Source of the DNA: Candidatus Obscuribacteraceae bacterium | GTDB taxonomy: Bacteria; Cyanobacteriota; Vampirovibrionia; Obscuribacterales; Obscuribacteraceae | Direction: 5' to 3' | DNA length: 64,000 nt | Assembly (NCBI GenBank): GCA_044229845.1 | Contig: JBGASG010000001.1 | Coordinates: 384,001-448,000, forward strand | Shown here: one piece after another, positions 1 through 9,370 of the stretch | How the letters are laid out: each line of letters begins with the position of its first letter | How positions within the stretch are numbered: the first letter of the stretch is position 1 | Notes under the pieces: generated by a model | Told to the model about the DNA's origin: nothing | Database searches by the model: none | The model's input: the letters and a program-made list of their open reading frames with translations, nothing else | Program-made: the position numbers and the translations under genes

Positions 1-97
1 GATCTTTGTAGTCGATGTATTCGACTTTGTCGGCGCAGAAGTTGCAGGTTTTTCTACGACGCGGTGCGCCACCGCCTTCTCCAAAATGTCTGGGCAT
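1..97 (-). CDS. rpsR: 30S ribosomal protein S18, N-terminal part (runs off window edge)
   Basis: Manual translation MPRHFGEGGGAPRRRKTCNFCADKVEYIDYKD; RRK-CxFC...IDYKD signature; follows rpsF-ssb. Confidence 0.95.
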   Translation of the reverse strand, partial: MPRHFGEGGGAPRRRKTCNFCADKVEYIDYKD

Positions 98-116
98 AAG
101 TTTTTCAATTCCTTAG

Positions 117-614
117 TTAAAACGGGATTTCGTCGTCGCTGGCGAAGATGGCATCGATGTCTTCCTGCTTGTTGGCAGGACGGGCGCCGGCAGCGGCAGG
201 TTTGCCTGCTGGGGCTCCGGCTTTGACGAATTTCTTCGCGGGCTCACCGCTCTCGTCTGCGTAGCTGGCTGCACCACCGGCGGAGGCAACCACAGCGGTC
301 AGATTTTCGACGCTGATGGCGTCGATTTCTGCGTCGCGGCGTTTTTGTCCGTCGGAGCTGGTGAAATTGTTGACCTGAAGCCGTCCATCGACTGCTACCA
401 GATCGCCTTTACGAATTTCATTGGCGCAGCGCTCAGCCAGATCTCTCCAGGTGATGACTCGCACCGATTGCGATTCCACCGTACCATCCGGACGGGGCGG
501 AGATTCAACTGCAATAGCGAATTCCGTGACCGCCACGTTGGTGTTGGGGGTGAAACGCTTCTCGGGAGCGCGAACCACGCGACCGGAAACAACGATCTTG
601 CTCATGCTGCTCAT
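117..614 (-). CDS. ssb: single-stranded DNA-binding protein
   Basis: OB-fold motifs, acidic C-terminal DDEIPF tail, rpsF-ssb-rpsR order. Confidence 0.95.
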   Translation of the reverse strand: MSSMSKIVVSGRVVRAPEKRFTPNTNVAVTEFAIAVESPPRPDGTVESQSVRVITWRDLAERCANEIRKGDLVAVDGRLQVNNFTSSDGQKRRDAEIDAISVENLTAVVASAGGAASYADESGEPAKKFVKAGAPAGKPAAAGARPANKQEDIDAIFASDDEIPF

Positions 615-655
615 GCAGGGCTTACCTCAGAAAGGCGTGTGATGGGGGTATCCGG

Positions 656-979
656 TTAGAGTGACGTTTCCAGTGCAGCTTCTTCCAGGTTGACGATCAG
701 GAAGCGAATGATGTCTTCGGAAAGGGTCATCATGCGTGCGATCGGCGCCACGACTGACGGTTTGCCTTCAAACCGCGTCATGACGTAGAAGCCATCTCTC
801 ATTTTGTTTACTTCGTAAGCCAGACGGCGGCGACCTTTCTTGTCGGTTGACATGATGGTAGCGCCCTGGTTTTTGATGAACTCTTCGACTGTAGCAACCG
901 TGCGGTCCACGGAGTCATCATCGAGGTTCGGACGGACGACAAATACGCATTCGTATTTTCTGGGTTTCGCTTCTGCCAA
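656..979 (-). CDS. rpsF: 30S ribosomal protein S6
   Basis: KYECVFVVRP...GRRRLAYEV...GFY motifs; TTG start with GGGAGG SD. Confidence 0.96.
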   Translation of the reverse strand: MAEAKPRKYECVFVVRPNLDDDSVDRTVATVEEFIKNQGATIMSTDKKGRRRLAYEVNKMRDGFYVMTRFEGKPSVVAPIARMMTLSEDIIRFLIVNLEEAALETSL

Positions 980-984
980 GGTTA

Positions 985-1054
985 TTACCTCCCTTCTGGT
1001 CCTAAGCGTCCTGCTTGCGCAGGCAAGGGAATATGTCCGCCCTAATTGCGGACA
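985..1054 (-). promoter_or_regulatory. putative rpsF leader (S6:S18-responsive RNA)
   Basis: Minus strand has hairpins UGUCCGC/GCGGACA and CCUGC-GCAA-GCAGG, plus UCCCUU complementary to the SD-region AAGGGA; extended -10 TGtTAAAAT just upstream. Confidence 0.55.
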
Positions 1055-1131
1055 AGCGCAGATTTTAACATGGCGGTCGGTTTCGTAGTCTCAACATAGG
1101 CAGATATAGAGCCTTTGATTACACTAACCCT

Positions 1132-2295
1132 GTGACAAAAGGCTCTAAAGGCTCGCAGATAGGCATTATGCAAACGCAACGCACTGTTTTGAAGTCAAGC
1201 TCGACACTGTATCGCTTCACGGGATGGGCGCTTTCCGCTTTGACCGCGCTTTCGATAGCCTCTCAACCGGGACTGGCTCAAGGCTCAGCCGGACCGGGCA
1301 GCGGGAGCGGCATGATGAACACGGGCTTTGCCGGTCATCCCGGGCTCTGGCAGCCGGGACAGTCTCCCATGGGCGAACAGCTGCAGGGCGCCCCGCCGGC
1401 TTTCCAGCCCGGCGGCAGTCATGCCAACAAATATCCAAAGTTTAATCCTGATTTCTGGAAGGGTGGCGGCATCAGCGGCAGCGCGCCGGCCGGCACACCA
1501 GGGCAAATGACAAATTACGTCTCTTCGGGAACGGTCCTTTCGGCAGTCCTCGAACATGACCTGTCTTCTCGCACCGCCAAGAACGGGGATGTGTTCGCTC
1601 TCACATTGGATGATGGGTTTGTCGTCAACGGACGGATGGCGATTGCTCCGCACAGCAAAATCTTGGGTACGGTGGTCAACGCCATACCGGCGAAGTACCA
1701 GAAACACGGTCACGCCGGCAGTCTGGAGATCGCCTTGCAGACGCTGGTGTTGCCGGACGGCAGTCACATGCCGTTTTTCGGCTTTATCGACCAGAACCCC
1801 AATCATTTGCTGTCCGAGCCGCCTAAGAAGCGCTGGGCCGGATTTGATCTCAAAGACTATGCCGGGTCTGTGGCCGGCATGTTCAGCACCATGTTCACGG
1901 GTCCCGGTTGGATTCAAGCGCGTGTGCAACGCGGCAATGAATTTCTGCTCGCCAAAGGCGAACTGTTGCCCGTCCGTCTGACGCGCGGATTGCAGGTGCC
2001 TGAAGTGCAGGTTGCCCAATCGCCGTTGCCCGTCAATCCATCATTGAGCGGCGTGCCGAACGGCGTGCCGAACGGCGTGCCCGGAATGGCTCCGCCGACA
2101 GCGCCGGCAGTCGGCGGTGGCTTTGCACCATCGGCGGTGGCACCAGCGGGCAATTTCCCGGGACCGGTTTCCGGTGCTACAACATCTGCTGACGCCCCCG
2201 CAAGTGGTGGCGCGCCTGGTCTAGCAGATTCTAATGAGATTTTTAACGCGCCGCTGCAGCCCGTGCCTGCAAACCAGCTGCCAGACCCGTTTTAG
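1132..2295 (+). CDS. secreted hypothetical protein with TrbI/VirB10-like beta domain and Pro/Gly-rich tails
   Basis: Signal-like segment; GTVLSAVLEHDLSS...G...ILGTV...G.LEI..QTLVLPDG pattern; 12-bp repeat encoding GVPN. Confidence 0.65.
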   Translation: MTKGSKGSQIGIMQTQRTVLKSSSTLYRFTGWALSALTALSIASQPGLAQGSAGPGSGSGMMNTGFAGHPGLWQPGQSPMGEQLQGAPPAFQPGGSHANKYPKFNPDFWKGGGISGSAPAGTPGQMTNYVSSGTVLSAVLEHDLSSRTAKNGDVFALTLDDGFVVNGRMAIAPHSKILGTVVNAIPAKYQKHGHAGSLEIALQTLVLPDGSHMPFFGFIDQNPNHLLSEPPKKRWAGFDLKDYAGSVAGMFSTMFTGPGWIQARVQRGNEFLLAKGELLPVRLTRGLQVPEVQVAQSPLPVNPSLSGVPNGVPNGVPGMAPPTAPAVGGGFAPSAVAPAGNFPGPVSGATTSADAPASGGAPGLADSNEIFNAPLQPVPANQLPDPF

Positions 2296-2346
2296 GCTGA
2301 TAGTCGGACGAGCTTAAATGGTCTAAACGAAGCGTTTTGCTCGCCG

Positions 2347-2577
2347 TCACGCGGCCGAATTATAGGTTTCTCGTTCGGCGGATTTGTTATCGAGCTTGAG
2401 TGTGTTTTTGCGTTTCAATTCCTCAAGCGCTTCTAGATAAATTTCATCCGTATAGGTAACTTCGCCTGCAACCACGTAGGACTCTTCTTCTAGCGTTACT
2501 TTTTCGATTGGACCGATTTTGGCGGCGTCTGTGAGCACTTTGACCGCATCTGCAATCTCTTGTTCTGTCCAGGGCAT
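2347..2577 (-). CDS. hypothetical protein
   Basis: 76-aa ORF with GAGGAG SD, natural composition, fills intergenic gap. Confidence 0.7.
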   Translation of the reverse strand: MPWTEQEIADAVKVLTDAAKIGPIEKVTLEEESYVVAGEVTYTDEIYLEALEELKRKNTLKLDNKSAERETYNSAA

Positions 2578-2716
2578 ACAGGAATCTCCTCGCTACTGCT
2601 GACTTTCACATGTAAATTGACGAAATTCAACAGATTGGTTCCCTGCGTTTCGTCCCTTTGATTTCTCAAAACATGTTCATGTTGAAAAGACCCCGCCCTG
2701 CAATAGTAGGTCTCAA

Positions 2717-4288
2717 ATGATGCCATCTACTGCACAGGTTGCATCCGCAGTGGTTGCCCCTCGCGCCCAGGAGGAGAGGCGCGTCGGGCGCCCTGCCACT
2801 GCACTTCTATTAGGACTTGTCCTAATAGCTTGCGCAGTGCTTTATTTAACGCTCGCCGGCAATTGGCTGAAATTCAGTCGAGCCGAAGTGTTTTTCTCAG
2901 AATGTGCCCGAGAGATGATCGTGCAGGGGAACATGGTCACTCCGCTTTACCACGGGCAGCCATTCTTTGATAAGCCAATCCTCACTTACTGGCTTATCAT
3001 CACCTCCTTCAAAGCACTAGGCGTGAGCCATCTGGCTGCACGCCTTCCTTCTATATTGGCGGCCCTGACGACGCTCGGTATCACGGCTGGTGCCGCGAGC
3101 TGGATCGGACGCACGGCAGGACGCGGTGAAAATCGGGTCGCCCTGTTATCAGTCATGATGCTGGGCTCGTCCTTCATGTTCTTATCTTTCGCCTACCTAT
3201 GTATGTCGGACATGCTGCTCGTCATGTTCGATACGCTCACCATGAGTCTGCTTTTCGCGGGCACCGTGGCAGCCACTCAAAAGCGCCGCGACCTGCTCTT
3301 CTGGGCGGCGTCTTTGAGCGCCGGGCTGGCGTTTCTGGTTAAAGGACCGGTGGGCATCGCGCTGCCGGCAGTTTCCTTCCTTATATATCTGGGTTTGACC
3401 AGGCAACTGTCTTTGTTGAAACCGCGCCACTTCGCTCTCGGACTGGTTACAGCGGCGATGGTGGCATTTCCCTGGTTTTTGAGCGCCTACCAGGCCAATG
3501 GCTCCTGGTCGCTGGCTTACTTCTTTTTCCGTGAAAACTTTCAAAGATTCGCCGGTTCGACATATGACACGCACAAACCGATCTGGTTCATGGTGCAATC
3601 GCTCTTCTTAGGTTTCTTGCCATGGTCGATCTTAGTACCGCCGGCGCTCTATGCATTCGCGCGCCCAGTGCGCGCCCGCGAAGTCTGCCATCCGCAGCTG
3701 TTTCTCTGGACCTGGGTGGCCACTGTGACCCTCTTCTTCAGCCTGTCGCGCGGCAAAATCGACTATTACGAATTGCCTGCTTACCCGGCGCTGGCGATTC
3801 TGGTGGCACTTTATTTGACCGACGAGAAGTTGAGCGCCAAGATGCGGCGCGGTATTTCAATCGCGGTGGCTTCGATTTTCGTGGCTGTAGTTGCCGGCGG
3901 CACATATTACGCGACCGTCTTTTTGCCGGCCATGGTCAAGAATCAATCCCTGGCTCTCTACTCGCAATGGGCTAAGGAAGCCACTCCCGGAGCGCCGATT
4001 GGCGTGCACTCGCGCATTCATTATTGGCGCGACGAGATCACTTTCCAGAGCGGACGCGAAGTCACCGAAGTGAAGGACGCCGACGCGGCGCTGGCGATGC
4101 TGAAAACGCCGGGCGCGCTGATCATAGTACCGGATACGGTGTACGCCGAGATTCAGAAAACGAACGCCAAAGTGCAGGTGCTCGATATTCGCGAAGTCGC
4201 ATCCAAGCCGTTCACTCCCAAATTGTTGTTTGATAAGCGCGGCAAATTGAACGACCTGGTGCTCTATACACTGATAGCCACCAAATAG
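2717..4288 (+). CDS. ArnT/PMT-like glycosyltransferase (GT39/GT83)
   Basis: AREM...TP...FFDKPIL.YW, ARLPS, KGPVGIALP motifs; many TM helices. Confidence 0.9.
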   Translation: MMPSTAQVASAVVAPRAQEERRVGRPATALLLGLVLIACAVLYLTLAGNWLKFSRAEVFFSECAREMIVQGNMVTPLYHGQPFFDKPILTYWLIITSFKALGVSHLAARLPSILAALTTLGITAGAASWIGRTAGRGENRVALLSVMMLGSSFMFLSFAYLCMSDMLLVMFDTLTMSLLFAGTVAATQKRRDLLFWAASLSAGLAFLVKGPVGIALPAVSFLIYLGLTRQLSLLKPRHFALGLVTAAMVAFPWFLSAYQANGSWSLAYFFFRENFQRFAGSTYDTHKPIWFMVQSLFLGFLPWSILVPPALYAFARPVRAREVCHPQLFLWTWVATVTLFFSLSRGKIDYYELPAYPALAILVALYLTDEKLSAKMRRGISIAVASIFVAVVAGGTYYATVFLPAMVKNQSLALYSQWAKEATPGAPIGVHSRIHYWRDEITFQSGREVTEVKDADAALAMLKTPGALIIVPDTVYAEIQKTNAKVQVLDIREVASKPFTPKLLFDKRGKLNDLVLYTLIATK

Positions 4289-4312
4289 GCACGAAATACG
4301 AAATAGATTTAG

Positions 4313-5164
4313 CTAAGTCGACTGCTGTTTCTTGAGATAAGTGGCCGTCAACGCCAGCAATTTAAATGCACCATCGACTCGATCCAGTGCATCGTCGAGA
4401 AACGCTTGCCGCTCTTCCGCCATTCTCTCGTCAAGCGCCTCGCCGGCGCCGCCTTTGGCGACAGAGACGGTTTCCAGTTCTTCCACTGCGGAACCCAACC
4501 TTTCAAGATATCCGGGTAGAGACTCAGCATCCAGTTCGCCTTGGTGCGTGAGTAATTGCTGGAAGGCTTCGAAGACGGATGCTTCCAGTGTTTCCAGCTT
4601 GTCGGTGAGCGTTTGCAGATCGCTGCCCATGGTGGCGGTTGACGGCGAGTCTGCCGGCTGATCGGCTGGCGCGTCTCCGGCAGTCACCTGCTTCAGCAGA
4701 TCCTGCATGCCCAGCGCCACCTCCACGAAAGTTGTGGAACGCTCCTTGGTCAATTTGGGCAGCGCGCGCATCATGATCTTCTGCAGGTAAAGACGCGTGA
4801 TTAGCGATTCGGTCCGGCAATAGATGTCCCATGTCTGCGTCAGCTTCTCTTTGAAGCGGGTCTGCTCCTCTTTCAGTTCGGCGGCCGATTGCAGGAAATG
4901 CTGGCGCTTAGTCTCACACTGAACGACCATGTCGGCGTGGCCACGGGCGGCGTAGTCTTCGGCGCGGGCGTGCCAGGTAGCGGCAGAGTCTTCGTGACGC
5001 CTCACATAGACGCCCAGTCGTTGCACTTTGGCCAGCGAGTCTGCGTTCTGCTCTTTCCAGGTCTCCCAGAAAGCAGTGAGCTTCGTCCAGACCCGATCGA
5101 CGCTGCCGTCGGCACCAAAGAAGAGCTCCGACAGCCCTTTGCGCAACGAATCGGTGTTTTTCAT
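4313..5164 (-). CDS. coiled-coil protein, possibly PspA/IM30-like
   Basis: ATG at 5164 overlaps upstream stop (ATGA); helical sequence with W..RA..Y...G..D.. pattern. Confidence 0.6.
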   Translation of the reverse strand: MKNTDSLRKGLSELFFGADGSVDRVWTKLTAFWETWKEQNADSLAKVQRLGVYVRRHEDSAATWHARAEDYAARGHADMVVQCETKRQHFLQSAAELKEEQTRFKEKLTQTWDIYCRTESLITRLYLQKIMMRALPKLTKERSTTFVEVALGMQDLLKQVTAGDAPADQPADSPSTATMGSDLQTLTDKLETLEASVFEAFQQLLTHQGELDAESLPGYLERLGSAVEELETVSVAKGGAGEALDERMAEERQAFLDDALDRVDGAFKLLALTATYLKKQQST

Positions 5165-5766
5165 TTGATGATTTTGAAGGTATTGAAAAACTCGTTGGCG
5201 TCCGCAGAATTGACTTCGTCTTTGGAGCCCACGCAAATCATGCGGTAAGAGATCTGCAGATTCTTGTCCAGGTAATTGCGAATGCGGTAATACTTGCCAT
5301 CGCGGGTGGTGCCTTCCACGTGCGTGCCGAAGTAAGTGCCGTCGTCGCTGCTCACCGGATAGGTCTTGGTGGGGGTGGGCAACGCCTGAATGTCGTTTTT
5401 CATCATCAAGATTTCCGACTGCTTGAGGCGCTTCAGATTCTTCGGTTCCCACACCATGGTGTTGGGTATCTTCACCGTGGCTATCACACACGTGAGATTG
5501 GGCGTCTCGTATTTGACGCGCTGTCTGGCATTGGTGGTGGTGATTTGGTACTCGCGGTTGTGCACCGGCGCGCCGGGTATCTTGACGTCGAAGTTACCCT
5601 TTGGCGCGTTGTACATGTGGGTGTTGGGCTCGAAGGTAGCCCCCTCGTCACCGGGAGACGGTGCCCAGTACTCGCCCAAACCTTCGGTATGCTGCGAAAT
5701 ACAACCAGCCAGCGGAATCACCGCCAGCAATGCCGTTATCGCAATACCTATCTTCCACCGCCTCAC
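5161..5766 (-). CDS. lipoprotein, hypothetical (PsbP/Mog1-like fold possible)
   Basis: Lipobox LAGC; F.VKIPG.P and C-terminal FFNTFK patterns. Confidence 0.75.
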   Translation of the reverse strand: MRRWKIGIAITALLAVIPLAGCISQHTEGLGEYWAPSPGDEGATFEPNTHMYNAPKGNFDVKIPGAPVHNREYQITTTNARQRVKYETPNLTCVIATVKIPNTMVWEPKNLKRLKQSEILMMKNDIQALPTPTKTYPVSSDDGTYFGTHVEGTTRDGKYYRIRNYLDKNLQISYRMICVGSKDEVNSADANEFFNTFKIIK

Positions 5767-5796
5767 TAAACAGTCGAGACCTTTGACAGTGGGGGG

Positions 5797-6894
5797 TTAT
5801 TCCTTTTCTTTAGCACCGGCGCCAGCTGTTGTGTTGCCGGCTTTGTACTCGGACAGGTGCCGCCACCCCTGGTGCAAAATCAGTTGGTAGGCGTAAATCT
5901 GCTCCAACCAGCGACGCTCGGCTTCGGGCAGATCAGGTCGCTCGAGACGGCGTTTGAGGTTGGCGGTAATCGTGCGTGTTTCTTCGATGGCTTTGCGGTA
6001 GTTGCGCACCTGATGACGGGCGGGCTGTGCACTGATCGTCGAAGAACTCTGCGGGCGGACAACTTGAATCGGTTGTTCGCGCGGCTCACGTTCGACGCGC
6101 GGTTCGCGCCCGCCGCGTCCTGTGGGGGCAGCCGGCGCCGCCGGCGCATCTTCGGATGGCTGACCATCTCTTTGTGCCTGCTGCGATTTGTTCAACGCTT
6201 GCTGAGCGAGCGGGTGCTGGATGACGTTCTTATGCTTGTCACCGCCACGGCGGCGCTCTTTGCGCTTGGCGCGGTAGCACTCGAGGCAGTCGCGCAGGCG
6301 CGGATTCATGTGCTCGAACACTTTGCTGCAGGTCTGGCAAGTGAGCGAGTGCTTGGAGCGACCGTCGCCCTCGCCTTCCCCTTCCTTCGGTTCGCCCTCG
6401 CCTGCTTCGACTTCAGCTTCCGGCTCGGCGGTTTCGGTCTCGGTCTCGGCGGGAGCGGCCGGGGCTTGTTCTTCTTCCTCCGGCTCTTCGTCCTTGGCGC
6501 GCCGTCCGCGAGCAGCGGTGGCGCGTTTCTTCGCCGGTGGCTCTTTGGTCTCTTTGACTTCGACCTTCTCCGGCTCTGCCTTCTCGGCGGCGGCTGTTTT
6601 GGTCGACTTCTTGCTGTCGGTTTTCTTCTCGGCTTTGCTGGCTTTGGAGGCGGCTTTGCGATGAGTTTCCAGCTCTTCCAACACTTTCGGGTTGGTCATG
6701 CCGTCTTCTTTGAGCTGTCGAATCAGGTGCAGCTCTTCCATGGCTTCCGGAGGCAGCACTTTAATGCCGTTTTCGTCGGCGGTGGTCGGAATGTCGAATT
6801 CGGCAATGTACCGCCGAATGGTCACTGACGTGACATTGAGATCTTTGGCGGCTTGGGCGATCTTGGTTCCCTCGCCTTTGTTTTTTGGAGGCAT
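5797..6894 (-). CDS. MerR-type HTH protein with acidic linker and Zn ribbon
   Basis: IAQAAKDLNVTSVTIRRY HTH; CQTC...DCLEC; likely start at MPPKNK. Confidence 0.75.
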   Translation of the reverse strand: MPPKNKGEGTKIAQAAKDLNVTSVTIRRYIAEFDIPTTADENGIKVLPPEAMEELHLIRQLKEDGMTNPKVLEELETHRKAASKASKAEKKTDSKKSTKTAAAEKAEPEKVEVKETKEPPAKKRATAARGRRAKDEEPEEEEQAPAAPAETETETAEPEAEVEAGEGEPKEGEGEGDGRSKHSLTCQTCSKVFEHMNPRLRDCLECYRAKRKERRRGGDKHKNVIQHPLAQQALNKSQQAQRDGQPSEDAPAAPAAPTGRGGREPRVEREPREQPIQVVRPQSSSTISAQPARHQVRNYRKAIEETRTITANLKRRLERPDLPEAERRWLEQIYAYQLILHQGWRHLSEYKAGNTTAGAGAKEKE

Positions 6895-7069
6895 CAATAT
6901 TCTCTCTAAATGACGTGTTTGATAGTCCTGCAAGGTCCAGCGGACCCTTGCTCTGCGCTTTTTCGGGTGAACACCCAGCGACTCGGAACCCGCAATCGGT
7001 GACACGCGGTTCTTAATGTAAAAGGTAACCGATTCAGTATATGGAGCGCTGGCAATGGCACATTAAATC

Positions 7070-8104
7070 TTATTGAGAGATGCCAATGTCAGCTGGAGCC
7101 GTCACCGACGGCGTGTTTGAGAGGTTGAGCTGGGCGGCGGTATAGGCGTCGCGTAAATGTTTGCGACTGACGTGCGTGTAGAGCTGAGTGGTCACGACGC
7201 TCGAATGACCCAGCAACTCCTGAACAGAACGCACATCCGCTCCGTTCTCCAGAAGGTGCGTGGCGTAACTGTGCCTGAGCGTATGCGGGGAAAGCGGTTT
7301 GCGCACGCCGGCTTTCAGCGCCAGTCGCTTGACTATCTGCCAGACGACCAACCGGCTCAATCGTTTGCCTTGCTTGTCTTTGAAAATCGGCTGCGGCGTC
7401 AACGTCGGGCGCGCGCGTCCGCTGGACGGCTTGACTGCGGCACCGGCCGTTGCACCAGATGCGGTGCCGGACAATTCGGGCAAGAAACTGCATAAAGCTT
7501 CGATCGCCTTGGTGCCGATTGGAACTATGCGCTCTTTCGATCCCTTGCCGAAAACGCGCAGCGATCCTTCGCGCAAGCTCAAGTCTTTGACTTCCAGGCG
7601 AGTCAATTCCGAAACGCGCAGTCCGCCGCCGTAGAGCAATTCAAGAATAGCGCGGTCACGGGCACTTTCGGCGGCAGCGATGATTGCTTCAACTTCAGAG
7701 AGAGTCAAAACTTTCGGCAGCATCTTCTCGCGTTTGGGATTTGCCAGATCGAGAGTCGGATCGATGGCGATGTAATCGCGCAGTTTCAGCCAGGAAAACC
7801 AGCCGCGCAAAGTAGCCAGGTTGCGAGCCAGAGTTGAAGCTTTGGTGCCGGATGATTTGAGAACGCCCAGGTAGGCGGTCAGGTGCAGGCGGGTTACCGT
7901 CAAAAGTCCCTCAGGCAGCCACTTGAGAAACGCCTTCAAATCACGCCTGTAAGCGGCGATGGAATTATTTGATAGCCCGCGTTCCAGTGTCAGATATTTG
8001 ATGTACTCGTCCGCCCAGCGTCTCAACGAGGCATCAAATGCGGTGCGCTCGCCGGCCCTCGACCGGCGACTGTTGACATTACCCCTGGTGGCACTCTTTG
8101 ACAT
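7070..8104 (-). CDS. xerD: tyrosine recombinase XerD
   Basis: ERGLS.NSI.AYRRDL, GLRVSEL, GKGSKER, SPHTLRHSYATHLL, LLGHSS..TTQLY. Confidence 0.9.
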   Translation of the reverse strand: MSKSATRGNVNSRRSRAGERTAFDASLRRWADEYIKYLTLERGLSNNSIAAYRRDLKAFLKWLPEGLLTVTRLHLTAYLGVLKSSGTKASTLARNLATLRGWFSWLKLRDYIAIDPTLDLANPKREKMLPKVLTLSEVEAIIAAAESARDRAILELLYGGGLRVSELTRLEVKDLSLREGSLRVFGKGSKERIVPIGTKAIEALCSFLPELSGTASGATAGAAVKPSSGRARPTLTPQPIFKDKQGKRLSRLVVWQIVKRLALKAGVRKPLSPHTLRHSYATHLLENGADVRSVQELLGHSSVVTTQLYTHVSRKHLRDAYTAAQLNLSNTPSVTAPADIGISQ

Positions 8105-8172
8105 GCCACCATAATATGTCTATTGTATGAGCAAATCAATATGTACGGCTTTTTATCGGTCTTTCGCTCTGT

Positions 8173-9369
8173 TCAAGGCTTTTGAGGGAAGAGAAACCGG
8201 TAGGTCTTCTTGTTCATGTCGAAAGTCACGACTCCGTGGTGGCGCACCGGCACCACCGCCATGCCGGATTTGATCACCACATCGGCGGGGCTGACTGCTT
8301 CCGGCCAGTCTGTAGTCAGTTGCTCCCACTTCTCGCCTTTGAAACGCAGCAAGCCGTAAGGAATTGATGAAACCACCGGAGCGCCGGTGCTGTCGAAGTC
8401 CAATCCGGTGAACGTGGATGGCAGCAAGTCCCAATTCTCACGCTTGCTGAATGAGGATTCTTGGCGAGACAAGTCGTTGATGGCCGCCGGCAAAAGGGAG
8501 GGATCGGACAGCACCTTTTCGGCTTTGACTTTTGGAAAGTGTATGCCCTGCGCTCTGCAGTGGCACTGTAGCTTATGACCGTCATAGCTGTAGAGAGCAG
8601 CAGATCTAAAGCCCATGTGCGCGCCGCCGACAACAAACCAGAGTTTGCCGTCCGGACCGAACTTGAGGTCTGAGACAGGTTGCATGGCGTCTTGCAAGAC
8701 CTGGGTAGTTGCACCGGTGGCGGTATCAACATTGTTGACACCGCCGCCCCATTCACCGGCGGAGATGCCGTAATACAGCCGACCATCGCGCATCACCGCT
8801 CGCGACATGTCCCAGCGGTAGCAAAGCTTTTCTTTCTTGGCGCCGGCGGCGGGCAGAGTTCTCCACTTGCCGTTTTCATTGATGAATGTATCGTTCGCCG
8901 CGATCACCACCACAGTGCCGGCGTCGCCGGTCAGCAAGTGCTCTTCCGGCTTGGCTTGTAACGCCTTTTGCAACTCGTCCGGCAGCGGGTGTTTGCGCCA
9001 CTTTCCATTTGCACAGACGAAAGCGGCCAGTTTTTTGTCGGCTGTCGCGGCCAGGGCGTACTTATTTCCTTTGCCATCATCAGCGGTGCTGATAATGGCT
9101 TGCGCTCCATCAACAGAGACAGTCTGCAGTTGATTGCTTTTCAGATCAAGAAGTAGAGGCAGAGTGCAGTTGACTACTGCCGACTCGCCGAAGCTGGAGG
9201 CGGAGCGGACCGGCGAAGGCTCCACTGGTTCCATCGCGCCCCGGACCAGCTTATATTGCACGACCAGGCGCGCCCAGTCTCCATTGGAGTCGGCGGTAGC
9301 TCCCGATTGACTCACAGCTATCACCGCAGTGGTGATGGCAGCAATTAACAACGCGCGCGCCGACATCAT
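8173..9369 (-). CDS. secreted hypothetical protein (beta-propeller-like)
   Basis: Signal peptide, GEWGGG motif, beta-rich repeats. Confidence 0.75.
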   Translation of the reverse strand: MMSARALLIAAITTAVIAVSQSGATADSNGDWARLVVQYKLVRGAMEPVEPSPVRSASSFGESAVVNCTLPLLLDLKSNQLQTVSVDGAQAIISTADDGKGNKYALAATADKKLAAFVCANGKWRKHPLPDELQKALQAKPEEHLLTGDAGTVVVIAANDTFINENGKWRTLPAAGAKKEKLCYRWDMSRAVMRDGRLYYGISAGEWGGGVNNVDTATGATTQVLQDAMQPVSDLKFGPDGKLWFVVGGAHMGFRSAALYSYDGHKLQCHCRAQGIHFPKVKAEKVLSDPSLLPAAINDLSRQESSFSKRENWDLLPSTFTGLDFDSTGAPVVSSIPYGLLRFKGEKWEQLTTDWPEAVSPADVVIKSGMAVVPVRHHGVVTFDMNKKTYRFLFPQKP

Positions 9370-9370
9370 G

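Noticed and set aside
5165..5491. N-terminal extension of the 392-aa ORF 4313-5491
   Set aside because: Overlaps the lipoprotein gene out of frame; the coupled ATG at 5164 is the better start.
7070..8104. Phage or island integrase
   Set aside because: Motifs and housekeeping context fit chromosomal XerD; no att sites or phage genes seen.
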